From Octopus vulgaris (Eukaryota), in the NCBI GenBank assembly GCA_951406725.2, contig OX597831.1, positions 56,296,001-56,360,000 of the forward strand: a stretch of 64,000 nucleotides of DNA, in the 5' to 3' direction. The number at the start of each line of letters is the position of its first letter. Within the stretch, counting starts at the first letter, position 1. A program made the position numbers and the translations under genes. Shown piece after piece: positions 56,815 to 64,000 of this stretch. Below the pieces are notes generated by a model. The model worked only from the letters and a program-made list of their open reading frames with translations, was not told where the DNA came from and did not search any database.

Positions 56815-57035
56815 ATTAAGGCGGCAAATTGACAGAATCATTAGCATGCCAAGCAAAATGCTTAGTGGTATTATGTCAGTCTTCATATTCTGAGTTCAAA
56901 TTCTGCCGAGGTTGATTTTACCTTTCATCCTTTTGGGGTTGATAAAATAAGTACCAAATGAGTACTGGGGTCAATGTTATCAACTTACTCTTCCCCCAGA
57001 ATTGCTTACCTTGTACCAAAATTTGAAATCAATAT
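56815..57035 (+). mobile_element. SINE (GCCTTTCATCC-core family)
   Basis: AAGGCGGC..CAGAATCATTAGCA..TGAGTTCAAATTC. Confidence 0.8.
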
Positions 57036-57205
57036 TTGATAACATTATGAGAAATAAAAGGGGACCCAGAATGGCATCTTGCTGTACTCTACTAATTACC
57101 ACAGATTTTTGGACAGGTCTTGGTTTTCTGCCATTATCTGTCTTTGACCTTTCAGAGAATTAGAAATCCAAATACCTAAAATTCCAGTTATGTCACACAC
57201 ACACA

Positions 57206-58332
57206 CAGTGTGGTGAATAAACTGTCATCTAAATTACGCAAAAAGGAAAATAACACTGACATCTCATTTTAACAAATTTATTTACCAAAATTACATAAAA
57301 ATATCTTGAAATACTAAAGAGTAAATTTTTTCAATAAAATTACCATTGGCTTCAACCATGGCCTCCAGACGACTTTGGAATTTTCTGCAACTCTTCTGGA
57401 TGGTCTTCTTGTTTAAGTTGGTAAATGTTGCCATACTCCTTGTCTTCAGTTCATCTTTGGTGTTACAAGGAGTTTTGTTGTGCACCCCACACATAATAAT
57501 CAAGGGGGTTGCAGTCTGGGGAGTTAGGTTGCCAGATGTTAGGGGTGATGTGGTTGCAGAAATTGTCTGACAGCCATCACTGGGTTCTCCTGCTTGTGTG
57601 GCATGGTGCAGAGTCCTGTTTCCAGACATAGGGTCTTCTAGCAGCCACCCTCTTGACTCAGGGCAACACTACCTCCTCCAGGCACTTGATGTAGGCCTCC
57701 TTGTTGAGTCTGAGGCCATGTGGGAAGATGAATGGAGGCATAACATCACCATCACTAATGATCACTCCAAATACCATGATGTTGACTGGATGTTTGATTT
57801 TTATCACTCTTGGTACATGTCCTCAGATTGACACCCAAACAGGGCGGTGAGCTGGCAGAAACGTTAGCACACCGGGTGAAATGCTTAGCGGTATTTCGTT
57901 TGCCGCTACGTTCTGAGTTCAAATTTCGCCATGGTTGTCTGCCTTTCATCCTTTTGGGGTTGCTTAAATATCATTTCGGGGTCGATAAATTAAGTACCAG
58001 TTACGCACTGGGGTCGATATAATCAACTTAATCCGTTTAACTGTCCTTGTTTGTCCCCTCTGTGTGTAGCCCCTTGTGGGCAGTAAAGAAATAAGATTGA
58101 CACCCAAACACTCTGAAATCTTTGTATTGGAGCTTCCGGCACAAATGCCAAGTAGTACAGCATGTCATTTCCACATATCTGACAGAGTGAATTGCATCAT
58201 GGTGCTGTCTTTCTTACAAATGGTGCCCAACCTGACACTACTAAACTGTGTAGTCAACAAAATCAAAAACAAGCAATGTGCATGTCCAAAACTAACAATA
58301 TAAAATGGCAACAATTTACCCATTGCACCCTG
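57206..58332 (-). mobile_element. Internally deleted maT/DD37D-like Tc1-mariner element
   Basis: Decayed WQQDSAPCH and W.PNSPDCNPLDYYVW motifs, C-terminal FQSRLEAMVEANGNFIE; imperfect CAG(G/T)GTG TIRs. Confidence 0.8.
57842..58093 (+). mobile_element. Young SINE with 17-bp TSD
   Basis: AGATTGACACCCAAACA at 57825-57841 and 58094-58110. Confidence 0.92.
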
Positions 58333-58397
58333 TATATATATATTTATATATATATCAACATGAAAAACAGACAGTAAATAATGATGTATGTATGTAT

Positions 58398-58537
58398 GGT
58401 ACATAAAAAGCACCAACTACACTCTTGGAGTAGTTAGTGTTAGGAAGGGCAGCTCCCAGCTTACCAGTTTTCAGTCAAACTATCCAACCCATGCCAGCAT
58501 GGAAAACAGACGTTAAATGATGATTATGATAATGATG

Positions 58538-58575
<38 letters not shown>

Positions 58576-58727
58576 TCATCATCATTTAGTGTCCGTTTTC
58601 CATGCTAGCATGGGTTGGACGGTTCTACTGGGGTCTGTGAAGCCAGAAGGCTTCATCAGGCCCAGTCAAATCTGGCAGTGTTTCTACAGCTGGATGCCCT
58701 TCCTAACGCCAACCACTCCGTGAGTGT
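58398..58727. mobile_element. Two RTE 3'-end elements tail-to-tail around (TA)n
   Basis: 58398-58539 (+) and 58572-58727 (-). Confidence 0.8.
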
Positions 58728-58744
58728 ATATATATATATATATA

Positions 58745-59514
58745 CGAGGTACTTTCCAGAAGTTTTGTGAGTGTTTTAGGAGCGGTAATTATAACTGTCC
58801 TAGAGTATTGCAATTTTGATATAATTACTACACATATAATAAGCTGACCTGCCAACTTTTATTATTCCAGATTGAAGGAAACAACTATAACACTTTGAAC
58901 ACATTCTACTAAACACTGCTTATCATAGCTGGCTAGTTTGGAGAATACAATCGGGATGTGAAGAGAATTTGGAAGTTCACTATGCTACAAGGTTTTGTGT
59001 TAAACTGGTAAAATACTCTAGACGGCTCAGGGATCAACTTGAATGAGCTGGACATCTGTTTTTTACTGGCACAAAAGGCCAGGCAAAACAAGCCCACTGG
59101 AAAGCTCATAATGATTCCTTTTTTGACAGCAAGGACATCATCTACATCCACTGGGTTCCCTTTGGTTAGACAGTCAACAAAGAGTACTTTGTGGAGGTTT
59201 TGAGGGAGTTCAAGGGGAGATTTCATCACAAAAGGCCAGAGCTCTTCTACTTAGGTTGGTGACACCTGCACCAGAACAATGCGCCAGTCCACAATTCTGT
59301 CCTAGTAACCAACTGCTTGACAGAGATGGACATCAAAACTGACCCTCATTCTCCCTACAGTTTAGACCTTGCTTTTTGTGACTTTTAGTTGTTCCCCAAG
59401 CTGAAGGAGAAAACGAAGGAGGCTCCTGGACACCTTCATTTTGGAGGACATCACAAAGTAGCTGGAATGCTACAAGTGCACTGAAGTTAGAGGATCCTAC
59501 TTTGAAGGAGATTA
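58745..59514 (+). mobile_element. Decayed mariner fragment
   Basis: TA|CGAGG start; TVNKEYFVEVL, HLHQNNAPVH, PHSPYSLDLAFCDF.LFPKLKE, GSYFEGD*. Confidence 0.85.
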
Positions 59515-59534
59515 GAATTTTGATTCATGAAGAC

Positions 59535-59822
59535 TAGAGAAGAATGAAGATAGTACGCTCTACTGGATATGTAATGCCAGTATACATGTGTGACAGAGTA
59601 CTAGTGTATTGAGAAAAAATTTAGATAAATTAGAAGCAGTGTGCAAGATAGAAGACTGTGCTGGTTTGGTCATGTGTGAGGACAGTTGCATAAAGAGGTG
59701 CTGATCATTTAAAGTGGATGGAACATGTGGAAGAGGGAAACCCAGGAAGATATGGAACAAGTATTGAAGGCTGATCTCAAGATGCTGAGCCTTACAAATG
59801 AGATGACAAAGGACCAAGATAT
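59535..59822 (+). mobile_element. RTE ORF 3' fragment
   Basis: WFGHV and GTCGRGKPRKIW motifs; colinear with 61580-61830. Confidence 0.75.
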
Positions 59823-60329
59823 CGCTTACTACAGCAGAACTGATATCCTAAAACCACTTTGGTAGTGCTTGTCTGTGAAGGGCTCTGACCTACCTTGAGC
59901 ACTCTGCTCATCAATTTTTTCCTCCATATTTTATCCCCTAACATCCATCACTTCTCTACCCACTGAGAGCAGAATAAGCACACACTACATCCTGTGCTTT
60001 TCTCAGTTACCTTTCTTTCACACCCCAAACCACTTCCATTTCTCATTATTTTCCCCACCTACTGTCTCCCCCAATCAGTTTCATTCTGCACCTTCTCTCT
60101 CCTGACATCTAGCTTATTTGCTATTACCATCAATGCCCTCGCATTTCTACCACAAGAACTTTCCCTGAGCCTCTTCCTATATTTCTCATTTACACTGTTG
60201 ATATTCATGTTACTCTCATCACTGGAATTCTTTGTAATAGTATCTGGGTCAGAATATCTTCTCCAAACAGTAACAGTAAATCATCTCAATACCACCAAGG
60301 GCACCTCTTCTTTTATAGTATTCCATTAA

Positions 60330-61360
60330 CTTTGTACCCATTCACAAACCTGTGTAATAGTAGGCCTCTTCCTTCCCCCTGTTGGTGTCACTTCAAAATC
60401 TGAAAATTACATCCACTTGTTCCACTCCTGTATGAATTCTATAAACGGTATATTGATTGAAACATCTAAAAGCTATAATTGATTGGTCAGGCCTTCTGGA
60501 ATTACAACTAATTGAGTCATTAGTTCTCCAGCTTTTCTCTTAAAATGTTCAGTCTTGTGAGTCCAAAAGTGGTCCCACACTAATAAGGTAGGTTTCTTTA
60601 AAAGCCCACTAGAATACCTGAATCAGATTTTTCAAGCCACGATTTCATTCTTCTCTTATCCATCCAACCTTTTTGGATGGCCATAACATAAATCCCATTG
60701 AACATTCTTTTTTTGGGCAATTTTTTTTTTAACAACAAAAAGGTACAATTTTGTGCCATTGGCACAGCATGCTAATACAACTGTGTTGTATTATGTTTTC
60801 TCATGGCCACCTGTTTTAACAGTCACAGATTTAGCACCTTTGAATTCTACTGCCTTGTTTGATGGCACATCAAATGTAAAGGAACTTTGTCTATATTTGC
60901 TCTCTGTAAAATATCAAAATTAACTTCTATTCTTCATGAATTATATACCTGTGAAACTTTGATTTTATTTTCATATTCAGGGGGAATTTTTTTTTTTTGC
61001 CTATCTTGTTCTAGGTCTAATACTGAGGTAATTCTGTCATAAATCTGTCTAAAACCATTGGTATCAGGCCATTGCTATAAGTCTTAAACGATGCATAATC
61101 ATTTTGGTGGATACTGGAAAACCTAAACTTCTCTAGTCTGACACCCATGCTTTTAATTCTAATCAGGCCTCTTTATAGTTTCCCTACAGAGACAGAGCTA
61201 TATCTAGTAGCTCTTCTTGCTTTCTTCCAGTCCTTACTATTTTCGCAATTGGTGATGGATCAAAACATCAAGTAACTGCCTTAATTCCATACTTCTTTGC
61301 GTGTGAAATGATTTAGCTTAAGTTTGATATTTTAGCAGTTCCCTTTTTGCTTTTCAGCCA
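60330..61360 (-). mobile_element. Decayed pogo-like (POGK-related) transposase
   Basis: TFDVPSNKAVEFKGAKSVTVKTGGHEK..TVVLACCANGTKL, KGWM, LLVWDHF, VVIPEGLT..LDVSIN; frameshifted. Confidence 0.8.
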
Positions 61361-61464
61361 TGGGTTTGAACACTGTAGGAAAATTATCAAAAATAAGTAA
61401 TGTTATGGGAGTACGATGTCTCAACTTTATATCCATTGAAATAAGCTGTATGGTTATTTTGGTC

Positions 61465-62328
61465 AGTGTGCAAATTGCTATGCTGCATGGCAGTGAAACA
61501 AGTGACAGCTGAGGACATGCGTAGGCTTGAAAGAAATGAAGCCAGTATGCTTTGCTGGATGTGCAATGTCAGTGTGCATGTTTGACAGAGTGTAAGCATC
61601 TTGAGAGAAAAGTTAGGCATAAGAAGCATCAGATGTGGTGTGCAAGAGAGATGACTGCATTGGTATGGTCATGTAATGCATATGGAAGACAGCTGTGTAA
61701 AGAAGTGCTGATCTCTAACTGTGAAGGGGACCTGGTGTAGAGGGAAACCCAGGAAGACACATAACGAGGTGGTGAAGCATGATCTTCAAACTTTGAGTCT
61801 CACAGAGGTAATGACTAGTGACCAAGACCTTTGGTGATGTGCTGTGTTTGAGAGGACCCACCAAGCCAAGAGCACCTGTTCTGGTGGCACACAAAGAACA
61901 CCTTTTGAGTGTTGAGTCTCACAGAGGCAAAACGGGTGAGTTCCTTACGAGTGTTGGGCCTCAGGGAGGCAAAGTGGTTGAGTTCCTTTCAAGTTTTGGG
62001 TCTCACAGAGGCAATGACCAAGACCTTTGGCATTATGTTGTGCTTGAGAAGAAAACCCATCAAGCTGAGCAAAATCGCAGTTGTAGAAGATACTGGTGTC
62101 ACACAAATTGACACTCGTGCTAGTGGCACGTAAAAGTCCCTATGTCATGCTGGTGGCACATAAAAGCACCCATTATACTCTTGGAGTGGTTGGTGTTAGG
62201 AAGGGTATCCAGCTGTAGGAAACCATGCCAAATCAGACTGGAGTCTGGTGCAGCCTTCCAGCAAGCCACCCTGATCAAAGCATTCAAACCACACCAGCAT
62301 GGACAATGGACGTTAAATGATAATGATG
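61465..62328 (+). mobile_element. RTE 3' end: ORF C-terminus, 3'UTR and tail
   Basis: AEDMRRLERNEASMLCWMCNVS..LREKLGIRSIRCGVQE..WYGHVM..RGKPRKT, then the GGAAGGG.ATCCAG tail motif and GATAATGATG. Confidence 0.88.
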
Positions 62329-62600
62329 AAAATTGCCATACAGGATGTGAAACTTGTATTTGCGTGAACTTATGCTTGTCCATCTCCCAAGACAATGACA
62401 CTTGATTTTCCATGCATAGTACTGTTACATTAGATGCAGGGCAATTTTTGGACACATTTAAAATAGAAAATGTGCGTCTTATGTCTTATATGACAGCATG
62501 TATGATATACATACATATGTATAAAATATTATGCTCCATTATTAGTGAGATCAACACAAAAATACTGCATCCAGTGAGAGATAAATATCTTTTTAATATA

Positions 62601-62799
62601 CATAGGATTTGAATTAGAGTTACTATAGTTTCATGCCTCTGAATATACAATGACCGGACAAGCTTGTATAGCGTCTTGTGTATTTCCAACTCTGAATGAT
62701 TGCTTAGAAATAAAATACACAGCATGCTATTCAACAATATCCGACCATTGTATTTTCAGAGGCATGAAACTAATTGTAGCTCGATTTTTAAATCCACTG
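62601..62799. mobile_element. Palindromic Tc1-like MITE
   Basis: ~85-bp imperfect arms; core TAGTTTCATGCCTCTGAA.ATACAATG at 62626 is inverted ending at 62772; right end reads CAGTGG on - strand. Confidence 0.75.
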
Positions 62800-64000
62800 T
62801 GTGTGTGCGCGCGGTAAATTTGTCACATTCATACGTAAACAATGACCTTCAGTCAAAACAGAAGGGATGCTACAGAAACAACAAGCTTGACTCTACAAAA
62901 ATTCTAACCTATGGTGTTTTATTGTTAATGAATTATACTTCGAAACGGTAATGAAGTCAGTTTAATTAGTCTTCGAAATCAGAAGCATCCTCATTGGCCC
63001 AGAAAGTATTATTTGTACTACACGTGTGGAATCACCCAAACGTCTGTATAAGTGTGTTTTGTTTTTCTGTCTATCAAATATATACCATAAATCGGTAATT
63101 AACTCAGTTAATTTTAGTAGTAGTCACAATATATGTGTGAGCGTGTACGTGCGTGCTTGGAATCACTAGAACTTGGAGGACGGATAAGAGGGTAGTCTAC
63201 CTCGGTTAGAGTAGTAAAATTAATGTTTGGTCGCTTGCAGAGAAAGAAAAAGAAACATCGAAACATCAGCTCCCTCTGACAAAGGCTTTTTTTTTTAATT
63301 CTAAAGGTTAAGACATTCCTTCTCATCATACACTAACTCAATGTTATTATTATCTCCACTGCCACCACAATTAATGTCGGGATCACCGAAGCTCCAAGTA
63401 TTCGTAGAATAATATATTTGCGATTTGCATTTGCCATGATAGTCTAGGTTTGCTCTTGCGGAATTGGTTTGAATCATTCAACAACGATAATTGGTTCCAT
63501 TTACAACAGCATCATCCACAGCTACCACCACTACCATCACCTCTAAACAAATATTCTCGGTTAGACCGACTACCTACGTGCTCTCTAAGTCTGCACGATA
63601 AGAGCTTCCACGGGACTTCATAACAATTACTACCAGCACTACCACCACCATTGTAACTGTTACAAATATCATCATTATGTGATCCCACCTTAACCTTCCC
63701 CCACTTCGATTATCACCACAAATATGGACATAGTAACCATGACAATGTCAACTGCAATCACCTCAGCCTTTTCCCTTTTCATTTACTGCTATTGTCATCA
63801 CAGTCATTCTCGTGATAGCGACGGCGGTTTCCACCATTACTTCATCGATGTTCTTTCCTCATCAGCATAAATCAGTGGCAAATTTCTACTGTCTTCACTC
63901 TCCAAACCATCTTTACATAAAAATGCCGAATCCCGGTCATGCCCTTGCAAAAGACATCAATGTTGCAACATACCGCATCCACCCACTACTAATTCTATAA

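Noticed and set aside
63835-63942. Possible last exon of a - strand gene beyond the window (HDRDSAFLCKDGLESEDSRNLPLIYADEERTSMK*)
   Set aside because: Weak AAG acceptor, no recognisable homology, and cannot be tested at the window edge

Overview
AT-rich, repeat-dense eukaryotic (metazoan) DNA. The repeat families (tRNA-derived SINEs, RTE 3' ends with (GAT)n tails, many (TA)n tracts) look like those of an octopus/coleoid cephalopod; this is recognition from memory, not a database result. One protein-coding gene can be built exon by exon: an 8-exon ANP32-family gene (LRR + acidic tail) on the - strand, CDS 16157->10201, 273 aa, with all GT-AG introns in phase. It has a CCAAT-rich, probably bidirectional promoter, a YY1-motif-rich first intron, a long 3'UTR and an ANP32E-type H2A.Z-interacting motif. 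The rest is mostly decayed or nested transposons: RTE and CR1/L2-like LINEs, mariner, maT/DD37D-like and pogo-like DNA transposons, piggyBac-, Tc1- and Tigger-like MITEs, a non-autonomous Helitron, Penelope-like remnants with hammerhead-like motifs, and SINEs. Most notable unexplained signals: a candidate hairpin-masked, NMD-competent intron in the ANP32 3'UTR; interlocking long inverted repeats in otherwise unique sequence (dsRNA/ADAR candidates); a box C/D-like RNA and a Kozak-perfect micro-ORF near 4.7 kb; and a 136-aa orphan ORF at 55.6 kb. No prokaryotic-type system (CRISPR, operon) is present. Nearly all other ORF-track entries are spurious.
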